20,000 bases of DNA from an uncultured virus (IMG/VR IMGVR_UViG_3300035698_029539) (IMGVR_UViG_3300035698_029539), one strand, 5' to 3'. Shown: positions 1 through 8,846, counted from the stretch's first letter. Numbers and translations: made by a program. The notes: a model not told the origin generated them from the sequence alone.

Positions 1-73
1 CCAATATCAATTCCCCTGTATCTGGGTCTTCTCTGTATCCAACCTTAAATATCGGTTCTTTTATTATTTCCAT
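1..73 (-). CDS. Hypothetical protein, 5' part only (MEIIKEPIFKVGYREDPDTGELIL..., runs off the window)
   Basis: Hand translation: ATG at 73, preceded by GGAAGTGA containing the upstream stop; open to the window edge. Confidence 0.6.
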   Translation of the reverse strand, partial: MEIIKEPIFKVGYREDPDTGELIL

Positions 74-78
74 TCAAA

Positions 79-288
79 TCACTTCCATGAAATTTTAATT
101 TCAATATCTTTTAGAATTGAAATTTCGTCTCCTAATTCCTCGCTGCCTATTTCCCCCGTACCATCTGGATGTTGTTGATACCACTTAAAAGGTAAAATTC
201 CCTGAATTTCATAAACATCATCAAGACCAAGATTCTCACCCTTCCTGAATGTGTAAGTTACTGACTTTTTTAATCTTTTTGTTTTCAT
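79..288 (-). CDS. Hypothetical protein (~69 aa)
   Basis: ORF track 79..297; ATG at 288 preferred because it follows GGAGTGGTGA (SD overlapping the upstream stop). Confidence 0.7.
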   Translation of the reverse strand: MKTKRLKKSVTYTFRKGENLGLDDVYEIQGILPFKWYQQHPDGTGEIGSEELGDEISILKDIEIKISWK

Positions 289-290
289 TA

Positions 291-995
291 TCACCACTCC
301 ATTCTCTTAATTTCTTTTTTATCATATTTATTTCCAACTATCTCAATATCAATATCCAAATCATCACCCATTTCATTAAACTCAAATTCAAATTCTTTAT
401 CTGCAATATTCATTAATTTTAATCTGTAATCGTGCCATACCACACGGTAAATATTATCATCAATTTTTACATGGTCATTTTGGCAAATACGCTTTCCATT
501 TACATCCAGACTTCCGCTAAATATATCTCTGGAAATTACTATTCGACCAGCACCTCCACGAGGATGGCTCATGTGGCGCATATCGGAAAGACAAACAAAC
601 TCCTCGATAGCATCGTCTGCCCCCGCTGTATATGACGACGACAATCTCTCTCTAAATAGAATATCTCTGTCCCCTTCACCTTCCACACGCTTTACTTCCT
701 CCCGATGCCAATCCCGACTCAATTCATCGCCACTTTTACTTGTGTTTTCAACGTTTCCTGACGAATGCATCCACATACTACACTCATTTATATATTCGAC
801 ATCTTTACCACAAAATTTACATTTGCCATTATCTGGATAAATCAACATTCCATCCATATCAGTACAAATCTTTGAACTCGGATACGCACCCTTGCCATTA
901 CCACAAATACTCGACCCACCGTCATGATGACGCCAAGCCTTATTCCCATGATAATATATTCGCCCCCCACAATTATGGCATTTATCATAAATCAT
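291..995 (-). CDS. Zinc-finger plus YopX-like domain protein (234 aa)
   Basis: N-terminal CHNC/H and CKFC/H clusters. C-terminal half follows the YopX pattern: RDILFR ... DVNGKRICQND ... VVW ... EIVGNKYD. Start moved to ATG 995, directly after the promoter motif at 1002-1030; 996-1142 overlaps another small ORF. Confidence 0.65.
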   Translation of the reverse strand: MIYDKCHNCGGRIYYHGNKAWRHHDGGSSICGNGKGAYPSSKICTDMDGMLIYPDNGKCKFCGKDVEYINECSMWMHSSGNVENTSKSGDELSRDWHREEVKRVEGEGDRDILFRERLSSSYTAGADDAIEEFVCLSDMRHMSHPRGGAGRIVISRDIFSGSLDVNGKRICQNDHVKIDDNIYRVVWHDYRLKLMNIADKEFEFEFNEMGDDLDIDIEIVGNKYDKKEIKRMEW

Positions 996-1001
996 ACAAT
1001 A

Positions 1002-1030
1002 CCTATATAGGATAGCGAGTATATATAATT
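1002..1030 (-). promoter_or_regulatory. Conserved bipartite promoter-like motif, copy 1 (AATTATATATAC-TCGCTATCC-TATATAGG)
   Basis: Intergenic, ends 6 nt before ATG 995; matches four other intergenic copies. Confidence 0.75.
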
Positions 1031-1041
1031 TATTACGATTT

Positions 1042-1185
1042 TTACATCCGTGTTTTACCTTTGCCACCCATGCAACTTCTTGCATATGTATAGCCTTCCA
1101 CCATATACTTGCAAACAGAATTATGGCATACAAAACCATCAAAAGTCACACATTTACATTTCGGGCATTTTGAAATCATAACCAT
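1042..1185 (-). CDS. Small Cys-rich zinc-finger protein (47 aa, MVMISKCPKCKCVTFDGFVCHNSVCKY...), below the ORF-track cutoff
   Basis: Hand translation; ATG 1 nt after the upstream stop; CPKC and CxxxxC; fills the gap up to the promoter motif. Confidence 0.65.
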   Translation of the reverse strand: MVMISKCPKCKCVTFDGFVCHNSVCKYMVEGYTYARSCMGGKGKTRM

Positions 1186-1186
1186 A

Positions 1187-1639
1187 TTATTCATCCCTGA
1201 ACTTTAAAACCCTATTAACCAATTTATCATCGTAATCCCCTAAATCAAAAATCTCAAACCAACGCAAAAGAGCCTTTTTCAAAGTGTGAGGACTCATCGA
1301 CATTAGCTCTTTTAAAAATGCTATCACATCGCCATCCTCACCCAGCTTTTCACATTCCAACAACGAATCATACATTTTCAATAGTCTGAGAATATCCTCT
1401 TTATCCCACGCTAATATAAAATTCCAAATCCTATTGTCATTATTGTGATTGTCTATAAAATCTATAATCTTTTCTATATCATGTGGCGATTTATTTTTCA
1501 TAAAATTCTTTAATCGTCTTTCACGTTCACCATCAACTGTAGATATTCCACCAGTAGCTGTTACGTTTAATATATCATAATCGAAAAAAGGCGTAGCTAT
1601 ATTAGTAGCATCCATATTATTAATCCAAGGTGAAGGCAT
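1187..1639 (-). CDS. Helical paralog-array protein 4 (150 aa), C-terminus RVLKFRDE
   Basis: Shares KIIDFI, F-x-x-L...KKAL-x-x-W and the RxLxFR tail with the three upstream genes. Confidence 0.8.
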   Translation of the reverse strand: MPSPWINNMDATNIATPFFDYDILNVTATGGISTVDGERERRLKNFMKNKSPHDIEKIIDFIDNHNNDNRIWNFILAWDKEDILRLLKMYDSLLECEKLGEDGDVIAFLKELMSMSPHTLKKALLRWFEIFDLGDYDDKLVNRVLKFRDE

Positions 1640-1640
1640 A

Positions 1641-2399
1641 TCAATCCCTGAAGTCTAATTGTCGACCATCATTATTACTTTTTTCCTTCATATGTGCTTC
1701 CATCCAAGATAATAACCCTTTTTTCAATGCTTCTTTATTTCCAGGCTTGTTTATATCTGCTAACATTTCAAAAAATATATGTACCTCATCTGCAGATTTT
1801 TTCACACACAAATGACGATACAATAGTAAAATTTCCTTAATAACCGTCCAATCTTTACTCAAATTTCCAATCGTATAAGCACCAAACATTTTCAAAAAAT
1901 TCGATGTCTGTTTAAGAGTCTCCAAAGTTTCCCCCTCTTTCATACATGACATCACATCTTTTAGTTGCGGCCAATCTCTTGCAAAAAAGTCGACCATTAT
2001 CATAAAATTCTCATCATGAAAAGTATCCATACACTCAATTATACGCTCCATTTCCTCAGTCGGCTTATTCAAAAAAACTTCCATTACATCCTTATTTTTC
2101 ATAGTCATCCATTTTTTAAAAAACGCTGTTAATTTCGACGACGGATATGTACTCAAAAATCTAAAAGTATCCTTTATCTCATCATCAGCCATATCGCAAA
2201 ATATATCATCTATCCTCTTCAATCTCGCATCCGAAATAACATCGTCAGATACCCCACCACTCTCAGCCAAAAACTCGCAAACCCTACTCGTTATATCCTT
2301 TGCCATCATATCTGCTTGTTCGTCAGACAGAGTGAGCTTCATAGCTCTTTTAGCCTCAGTAGAACACATAACACCCGAACCATTATTATAGCTTGGCAT
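1641..2399 (-). CDS. Helical paralog-array protein 3 (~252 aa), C-terminus RQLDFRD
   Basis: ATG 2399 after GAGGGGAG; shared C-terminal block (LYRHLC...IFFEMLADI...LKKGLLSW). Confidence 0.8.
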   Translation of the reverse strand: MPSYNNGSGVMCSTEAKRAMKLTLSDEQADMMAKDITSRVCEFLAESGGVSDDVISDARLKRIDDIFCDMADDEIKDTFRFLSTYPSSKLTAFFKKWMTMKNKDVMEVFLNKPTEEMERIIECMDTFHDENFMIMVDFFARDWPQLKDVMSCMKEGETLETLKQTSNFLKMFGAYTIGNLSKDWTVIKEILLLYRHLCVKKSADEVHIFFEMLADINKPGNKEALKKGLLSWMEAHMKEKSNNDGRQLDFRD

Positions 2400-2413
2400 C
2401 TTCAAGTCTCCCC

Positions 2414-3220
2414 TCAAAATAATCTCCTCTCATTATAACTTTCATTCTCATCATCCCCATTTGAACTATCAAACCAATTACTCATTATACGTTTGAATTC
2501 CGAATTACCCTTCCTATCCATATCAGCCAATCCCTTGAAAAATCTGTAGGCATCACCCCTATTTTTTCTATCGCAAATATATCCGTATAATTCTAAAAAC
2601 GATTTTAAATTTTCAGCACCAACACCGTTTGCCATTTTGAACATATCGCCCTTTTCAAACAAAGCAAATGCACTCATGAAATTCCCGATAATATGAGCCA
2701 ATCGTTTTCCAGCAAATTTGTGTTCATAAAATAAATCCATTATCTCAATCATCTGCTCATAATGCTTCTCATCGAACAAATCCACAAGTACACCCATTGG
2801 ATGCTTCTCTAAAAACTTGTAAACTTTTCTTACATCTTTACTCTCCCAACCACCAAATATAGTTTCCAAAGTATCCAACGTCCGCACAGTATTGGTCCAT
2901 CCCCCTAATGTAGCAAGTTTATCATAACTATCATCAAACATATCAAAATATTTTATTACATCCCTAATATGATGTTTCTTACAACCTTTAAAAATTTCTT
3001 TTAACTTCATCAATCTTTTATACTCCGCAATATCCTTTCGTGCCGCCTTTTTAGTACCATTACAAACAGGACATTGACAATCCTTTCGTATTTCAACCTC
3101 ACTCTTGAATCTAATATCCAACTCCTCGCCAAACATATCTTGGACAGTATCCAACAAATCCCATTTGTCCATGTCTTTGTAATTACAAATACCTGAATCT
3201 TCCCAATCACTGTTGACCAT
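2414..3220 (-). CDS. Helical paralog-array protein 2 (268 aa) with CPVCNG knuckle, C-terminus ERRLF
   Basis: ATG after AGGTGA; shared block (LYGYIC...RFFKGLADM...FKRIMSNW). Confidence 0.8.
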   Translation of the reverse strand: MVNSDWEDSGICNYKDMDKWDLLDTVQDMFGEELDIRFKSEVEIRKDCQCPVCNGTKKAARKDIAEYKRLMKLKEIFKGCKKHHIRDVIKYFDMFDDSYDKLATLGGWTNTVRTLDTLETIFGGWESKDVRKVYKFLEKHPMGVLVDLFDEKHYEQMIEIMDLFYEHKFAGKRLAHIIGNFMSAFALFEKGDMFKMANGVGAENLKSFLELYGYICDRKNRGDAYRFFKGLADMDRKGNSEFKRIMSNWFDSSNGDDENESYNERRLF

Positions 3221-3224
3221 ATCG

Positions 3225-3731
3225 TCACCTGAAAATCAATTTTCTGCCTTCATCCTCGTCCTCATCCTTATCATATACTTTCAACCAACCCTTCAATGCC
3301 TTTTCAAATTTGCCAGGACTATTTGCTCGCATGTCCACCATATAAACGAAAAATTCATGAGCATCTTCCATCATTTGCCAATTTCCCATATCATCAGAAT
3401 GCTCCCTATAAACATTTATAAAATCTATTATACGCTTTATCTCATCAGCAGTTCTGCCCTCAAACGCATGTATCACATCTCTCGCCTGTTCAAATTCCCG
3501 TATGCCCATTTCATGCGCCATTCCAACACCCTGACAAGAAGGACACGGCTTATCCTTTATCCATCTCTTATCAACTTCTTCTGGCTCTTTTTCAGGAGAA
3601 GTAATATATTCATCGTAAAATCTCAATATTTCAGGTCCAGTAGTCGAATATTCTGAAATTCCAGAAACTAAATCACATAAATCTGTTGTTTTCATATGAT
3701 AAGGTTGATATTTATATTCCAAAGGTTGCAT
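3225..3731 (-). CDS. Helical paralog-array protein 1 (168 aa) with CPSCQG knuckle, C-terminus GRKLIFR
   Basis: ATG after GGAGATG; shared block (RIIDFI...EFFVYMVDM...FEKALKGW). Confidence 0.8.
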   Translation of the reverse strand: MQPLEYKYQPYHMKTTDLCDLVSGISEYSTTGPEILRFYDEYITSPEKEPEEVDKRWIKDKPCPSCQGVGMAHEMGIREFEQARDVIHAFEGRTADEIKRIIDFINVYREHSDDMGNWQMMEDAHEFFVYMVDMRANSPGKFEKALKGWLKVYDKDEDEDEGRKLIFR

Positions 3732-3746
3732 ATCATCATCTCCACA

Positions 3747-4052
3747 TTACATATCATCCCAATAATCTGAACTTTGCCTTCGCCAAGATGTGCTTACCAA
3801 ATCAGGAGATGTAGGAGATACTCCATCATTTCCTCCGTTTCTTCCCTTGTGGACCTCACATCCACAAAGAGGACAGGTAAAACATTTGAAAAATTCAAGT
3901 TTTTCAATACCGAAAGGAATATCAACTCCTTCCACAAGATTGAAGCAATTATCGCATATTGTATTGGCTTTATAGGTTACTACCTTAACTTCCACTTTTG
4001 AACCCTTACCATCAATATCTAATATCCTATCTATCGGCATCGGACTTGCCAT
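3747..4052 (-). CDS. Zinc-ribbon protein (101 aa)
   Basis: CDNC...CPLCG pairs; strong GGAGGT SD. Confidence 0.75.
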   Translation of the reverse strand: MASPMPIDRILDIDGKGSKVEVKVVTYKANTICDNCFNLVEGVDIPFGIEKLEFFKCFTCPLCGCEVHKGRNGGNDGVSPTSPDLVSTSWRRQSSDYWDDM

Positions 4053-4062
4053 TTTTTACCTC

Positions 4063-4437
4063 CTACAAATAAACATTCTTTGTTATAACAGAACCCTTTT
4101 CCTTATTACATTCTCCAGAATATATATCCCAAGCCTCGCTACAACTCATCTCATCTACATCATCATATTCTTCATCATAATCAGAACTTGGTGGCATTTT
4201 GCCATCGTAATCGGGGTCCATACCTTCAAAATTATCATTCCCACCAGCATCTGAATATGTCGAAAAAATCATAACCTCGTTGCCCATGAAAATCTCTTCG
4301 CCTGGTTCCATTTCCTTTACCACCGCTTTTATATAACCATGAACCCTGCCCAACACTCGCTCATGTGCCGCCTTCGTTATGACCAATACAAAACTCGAAC
4401 TACTCGAATTGCTTACAAATCCTTTTCGTATCTTCAT
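4063..4437 (-). CDS. MKIRxGFVSNSSSSSF-motif protein of unknown function (124 aa)
   Basis: N-terminus MKIRKGFVSNSSSSSFV, a recurring motif in large-virus and prokaryotic hypothetical proteins; ATGA overlap with the upstream gene. Confidence 0.8.
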   Translation of the reverse strand: MKIRKGFVSNSSSSSFVLVITKAAHERVLGRVHGYIKAVVKEMEPGEEIFMGNEVMIFSTYSDAGGNDNFEGMDPDYDGKMPPSSDYDEEYDDVDEMSCSEAWDIYSGECNKEKGSVITKNVYL

Positions 4438-4835
4438 TCTAACACCCTATACTCCATTTCTTCTTTTTTTACGACTTTCTTTTTTGGTTTATTTTTTGAC
4501 TTGGAAAGAACTCCACTATGCATAGAATCCATCGCATCATTCAGAACTTTTTCAATTTTTTTTTTCGTTTTATCCTCTATCGCCGTAATGCGTTTTTTCA
4601 GTTCAGCCGAACACTTTTTACAAGCTCTTAATTTCAATTCTTTTTTTGATATTTTAATATATGAACCGGAATAATTTGTCACCGCCTGACCCAATCTTCC
4701 AAACTTCGCTGACAACTTTCCTTTGAAATTCTGTGAATGAGTCCCACAAACATCCTTTCCACATACGATACATACGAAATCAGCAACTCTATCCTTTGTA
4801 CAAAAGTCGCATGTATTAACTTGTTTTAATGTCAT
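4434..4835 (-). CDS. B-box/AN1-like zinc-finger protein with basic C-terminal region
   Basis: CDFC-x7-CIVCGKDVCGTH...CKKC; ATG 4835 follows GGTGA SD (ORF track starts at TTG 4853). Confidence 0.7.
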   Translation of the reverse strand: MTLKQVNTCDFCTKDRVADFVCIVCGKDVCGTHSQNFKGKLSAKFGRLGQAVTNYSGSYIKISKKELKLRACKKCSAELKKRITAIEDKTKKKIEKVLNDAMDSMHSGVLSKSKNKPKKKVVKKEEMEYRVLE

Positions 4836-4839
4836 GACT

Positions 4840-5169
4840 TCACCAATCTTCAATTATTTCCCAAGTATTAATCCAATCAATTTCTTTTATCTCGTCAAGT
4901 TCATACCCAACCATAAATAACGCTATTGGTATATGTGCAATGTCACACGGAACTTTATTGTATCCAAAAACCGCCACTTCTTCTATTCCTGGCATACGTT
5001 TCTCTAATCGTAACACATTATAAGTATCCGCATACTTTACAGCCTCCTTTAAGCTCAAAGCGCATTCCAAAAGATTTTTGGAAAATCTTCCAATTTGGAA
5101 CTTCACTCGGAAATCTTTTGTTACGCCGATTATCAATAATATTTTTGCATACGCCTCAGCCGAAACCAT
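4840..5169 (-). CDS. Hypothetical protein (~109 aa)
   Basis: ATG 5169 after GGGTGA SD; tightly packed between neighbours. Confidence 0.7.
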   Translation of the reverse strand: MVSAEAYAKILLIIGVTKDFRVKFQIGRFSKNLLECALSLKEAVKYADTYNVLRLEKRMPGIEEVAVFGYNKVPCDIAHIPIALFMVGYELDEIKEIDWINTWEIIEDW

Positions 5170-5173
5170 AATT

Positions 5174-6355
5174 TCACCCAAACATCGCCTTTTGACCCTC
5201 TGTTTTCTTTTCGTTGTTAAGCTCCTTAATACGCTTTATCAAAATCTCCTCGGTAAATTCATCTTCAAATATTAATACATCCTCTATGGCCGACCGAATA
5301 TGAGCACCAGACCATTTCTTCATCATCATAACAATTCTATCCGCATTGTCCACTTTTAAATCATGATGACCTAAATAATATTCAAATATTTCCTTTCTAT
5401 CTTCCTTTTCAGGATATTTTATTTTATAAACAGTAAATCTTTCAGGTCTTATTAAAGCATCATCAATCATTGCCAATCTATTAGTCGTCGCCAACATAAA
5501 TACATTGTCCAGTTCCACAACACCATTCATCAATCGCAGAAATTCATACGTTCTAGCACCCTGTTCCCTCGTCAAACAAAACTCGTCTATCTCGTCAATT
5601 AAAATAATCAATGGCAAATCTATGGACTTAGCCAATTCAGATAAAATCGGAATCCATTTTTCAAATTCAGAATTACCTCGTAATCCTATAATGCAAATAT
5701 CATCGCCACTATATTTATTGGCTATTGCCTTTAAAATCATACTCTTTCCCGTTCCAGGCGGACCAGCCAATAATATATTTCGAGATGCCAATTTGAGATT
5801 TTTTAATTGTACATCAATAGTACGAGCAATCCTATGCTTCTCATCCTTCATTCCCATAATACTATCAAAAGAAACTTTCAAGTCGATATCGTTCATAAAT
5901 ATATTTTTCAAATAAAACGCAATAAGTTTCGGAATTTTTTTACCCTTATCTAAAATCAGCAAGTTTATCATTAATGCTACCAATTCAGTAAATGCATTAT
6001 CGCAAGCGTGTCCAACATCTATAAATGTTTTCTTTGCACGAAGAAGTCCAGATGCCATTACCCTGTTATTAAGTATCAACTCATAATATGTCTGATATTT
6101 ATCTTTTTTTTCGTGGTGTATATGCATTGAATTTGATGAGTACGCACTTAGCTTCAGACCTGGACCCATTGCTCCAATCTTATACAACGTATTATGAACA
6201 CCGTTATGATGCTTACTCAAATCGTTATCATTTTTCCTCTTTTTTGAATCCAGATGTATTCGTATAACATTTGCTCTCTTTTTAAAATAAGGAATAGTTT
6301 CCTTAGTCATCTGCACCAAGCCAAATTCTTTCGTAAAATATTCTAAATCCAACAT
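5174..6355 (-). CDS. Classical-clade AAA ATPase (single AAA domain; PAN/Cdc48/FtsH-like) with C-terminal ...KAMFG
   Basis: Walker A GPPGTGKS, Walker B ILIDEID, second region of homology TTNRLAMIDDALIRPERF; ATG 6355 after AGGGGA preferred over TTG 6388. Confidence 0.9.
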   Translation of the reverse strand: MLDLEYFTKEFGLVQMTKETIPYFKKRANVIRIHLDSKKRKNDNDLSKHHNGVHNTLYKIGAMGPGLKLSAYSSNSMHIHHEKKDKYQTYYELILNNRVMASGLLRAKKTFIDVGHACDNAFTELVALMINLLILDKGKKIPKLIAFYLKNIFMNDIDLKVSFDSIMGMKDEKHRIARTIDVQLKNLKLASRNILLAGPPGTGKSMILKAIANKYSGDDICIIGLRGNSEFEKWIPILSELAKSIDLPLIILIDEIDEFCLTREQGARTYEFLRLMNGVVELDNVFMLATTNRLAMIDDALIRPERFTVYKIKYPEKEDRKEIFEYYLGHHDLKVDNADRIVMMMKKWSGAHIRSAIEDVLIFEDEFTEEILIKRIKELNNEKKTEGQKAMFG

Positions 6356-6377
6356 TTTTAATCCCCTAATTTTTGCG

Positions 6378-7631
6378 TTATATATCAAATACCGGACACG
6401 ACCGGCAAATACTATTTTCTAATGTATCGGACAATTTTTTTCTGAATTCTTTTGCCATTTTTCCAAACCAGATATCATTAATAAAATCTTTACAGTTTAC
6501 TATATCCACCCCCTCTACATATCCATCCTCACCCTCACAAAAACTACACGGAAATGATTTACCTTCAACATTAACATAAAAACTAAATGAACACGATTCA
6601 CACGGCTCACAACACATTTCCAACTGCTCATAATTATCCCTATCCTTCACACATTCCAAAAATTTGGGACCACTGCAACTATCCATCCCAATCGATATAT
6701 TACTGTCAAGCCCCTTATCAATCAATTTCTTGTATTTATCAATACCTAATGGATGAAACTTATTTCTGTCACCTTTACTCTTTAACATCAAAAATACAAT
6801 AGCATTCAGCTTCTCCAGCCTCTCGTCATTTTCAGCATCATCCAATACCTCCAGACAATCCTCATAGGTTTCCTCCGAAGCTAACATGTGAATATTTATC
6901 TGCGACATGCCCCTATCAGTCAACGTTTTAACTGCATTATAACATATGTCCTTTGGCTTGTATCTTGATATCGCAACAGCCCCACAAACACGTTTCAAGC
7001 TGTCCGCCATTTCGTCAGTCAATCCATGACCATTAATCGTTATATTAGGCACAATCTTATTCTGCCTGCAATAAATCATCATATCCAATAAATCAGGATT
7101 CCCTTCTATATCACCTACACCAAAAGCGACCTGCATCAAATTGCCCTTAATATTATCCAATATCTTTTTGAAAGTATTCAAACTCATATTTTCGCCACAG
7201 CCCGTATTGCTTTTATAACACCACGAGCACGGCACAGGTTTACCTTTACCCTCCGCATCTTTTGGGATACCGTGACACACGGTAGAAACCTCTATATCAA
7301 GTATTTCCGGGCCTATTGGACTGTACGAAGGGTCGTCATCCTCAGTTTTACCCCATCGAGCAAAAAATCCATCATCATATCTAAATATATAATTGTAATC
7401 ATGACTTCGAAATTTCTTTTTCCTGTTTTTACCCTTGCCTTCGTAAGACATTAAACCCATACACTTCTCATGAATCATAACGCCTTTGCTTTTTTCTTTT
7501 TTATCAGAAACTTCATCCGACCGTACTGACTTTTGACCAATATTACTTCGAGTTATTACACTATCCGATACATTGACATAGTCACCATTCACCGTGATAT
7601 TAATTACAGGCTTTTTTTCATCATCATTCAT
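6378..7631 (-). CDS. Radical SAM protein with CX15CX2C motif and C-terminal SPASM/twitch-like Cys region
   Basis: PEILDIEVSTVC-x15-CSWCY, QVAFG, PNITING core; C-terminal CEPCESC...YVNVEGKSFPCSFC...CRSCP; ATG 7631 after GGAGTGGTGG. Confidence 0.88.
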   Translation of the reverse strand: MNDDEKKPVINITVNGDYVNVSDSVITRSNIGQKSVRSDEVSDKKEKSKGVMIHEKCMGLMSYEGKGKNRKKKFRSHDYNYIFRYDDGFFARWGKTEDDDPSYSPIGPEILDIEVSTVCHGIPKDAEGKGKPVPCSWCYKSNTGCGENMSLNTFKKILDNIKGNLMQVAFGVGDIEGNPDLLDMMIYCRQNKIVPNITINGHGLTDEMADSLKRVCGAVAISRYKPKDICYNAVKTLTDRGMSQINIHMLASEETYEDCLEVLDDAENDERLEKLNAIVFLMLKSKGDRNKFHPLGIDKYKKLIDKGLDSNISIGMDSCSGPKFLECVKDRDNYEQLEMCCEPCESCSFSFYVNVEGKSFPCSFCEGEDGYVEGVDIVNCKDFINDIWFGKMAKEFRKKLSDTLENSICRSCPVFDI

Positions 7632-8835
7632 TTCCACCACTCCATCTTACTAATTCCATTTTTCCATTATCTTTTACAATAGCTTCTTTGACATTATCGT
7701 TATCACTGTCGTCATCTTTTATAAGCGAAATATAATCTTCAATAGGCATCACATAATCACACTCATCGCAAATACGCCCAAATATCAATGCATCACATTC
7801 AGGACAACGCCTCGTCTGACCACTCTCGTCAAGAGAAGTATCAAGAGGATATATCCATGAATCTGGAAGACGACTCAAACGCTCTCTTACAATTTGCTCA
7901 TGATTATCCCACCACGGCTGATTTATACTTATATCACGGCGAAAATCAAATCCACATTCAGGACACTCATCAAATCCAAAAACGACCTCCGATTTACAAT
8001 CAGGGCATTCCCAATTCTCTGGATTCTCAAAAATACGATTAGTATCTACATCGCTCTGGTCTACACCGTAAAATGCACTATAATCTTGACCACATTCAGA
8101 ACATTCATCATCTCTAATATTTATAATATTAGAACATTCATCATGAATGCAATAAAAGGAATCATCATCTATTATTTCTACAACAGACTGCCCCGTTCTC
8201 GCTAATCTCCCCAACATCACCCTTCTATCACCCGTATCCGCATCCTCAGCTAAACGTTGATAAGCATCAACCTCAAATGTATCTTGACAGTGTGAACACA
8301 AATCACCACTGTTTGAATTACTTAAAAGCCTCGCACATTCCGCACACTCCCTTCTCTCAACTGCGAGTAAAGTTTTATTTTTTGAATTTCTTAAAACAAC
8401 CTTCAAAGAAATCATACAAATGTTGAAAGCAACAGCAGCAACCACTATCCAATAAACCCAATAATAACTTTCCCCCTCCGTTTCAACAACACTCTTAGCC
8501 CAAATACCCGACCTAAAATTATTGGATTCATTCATTTTATAGACTATTTTTGTAATTTTCAAACCACTAAAATTTAAGTTATCTAATTTATCTTCCAATT
8601 CAAACACAAAAACATCATCTATCCCACCAGACATATTATCCCTTAAAACTATACGCAATTCCTCCTTTAATTTCAAATCATCTATATCCGTAGCAGTTTC
8701 AAAATAAACACTCAGTACCTCATCACCGTTGGCAGTATTAATACCAGGATTATACTTTATTGGCGTTACCTCCCCACAGACAACAGGAATTAGCATAAGA
8801 AAAATTAACATTATTAATAGTATCACTCGTTTCAT
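7624..8835 (-). CDS. Type I membrane protein: signal peptide, external domain, one TM helix, cytoplasmic tandem zinc ribbons
   Basis: MKRVILLIMLIFLMLIPVVCG signal; TM YYWVYWIVVAAVAFNICMISL; eight Cys pairs (CAEC/CSHC, CIHDEC/CSEC, CPDC/CPEC, CPEC/CDEC). Confidence 0.8.
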   Translation of the reverse strand: MKRVILLIMLIFLMLIPVVCGEVTPIKYNPGINTANGDEVLSVYFETATDIDDLKLKEELRIVLRDNMSGGIDDVFVFELEDKLDNLNFSGLKITKIVYKMNESNNFRSGIWAKSVVETEGESYYWVYWIVVAAVAFNICMISLKVVLRNSKNKTLLAVERRECAECARLLSNSNSGDLCSHCQDTFEVDAYQRLAEDADTGDRRVMLGRLARTGQSVVEIIDDDSFYCIHDECSNIINIRDDECSECGQDYSAFYGVDQSDVDTNRIFENPENWECPDCKSEVVFGFDECPECGFDFRRDISINQPWWDNHEQIVRERLSRLPDSWIYPLDTSLDESGQTRRCPECDALIFGRICDECDYVMPIEDYISLIKDDDSDNDNVKEAIVKDNGKMELVRWSGGNE

Positions 8836-8846
8836 TCTATCCCGCA

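Noticed and set aside
996..1142. Hydrophobic N-terminal extension of ORF 291..1142 as a signal or TM segment
   Set aside because: Overlaps a better 47-aa gene (1042-1185) and promoter copy 1; the true start is probably 995
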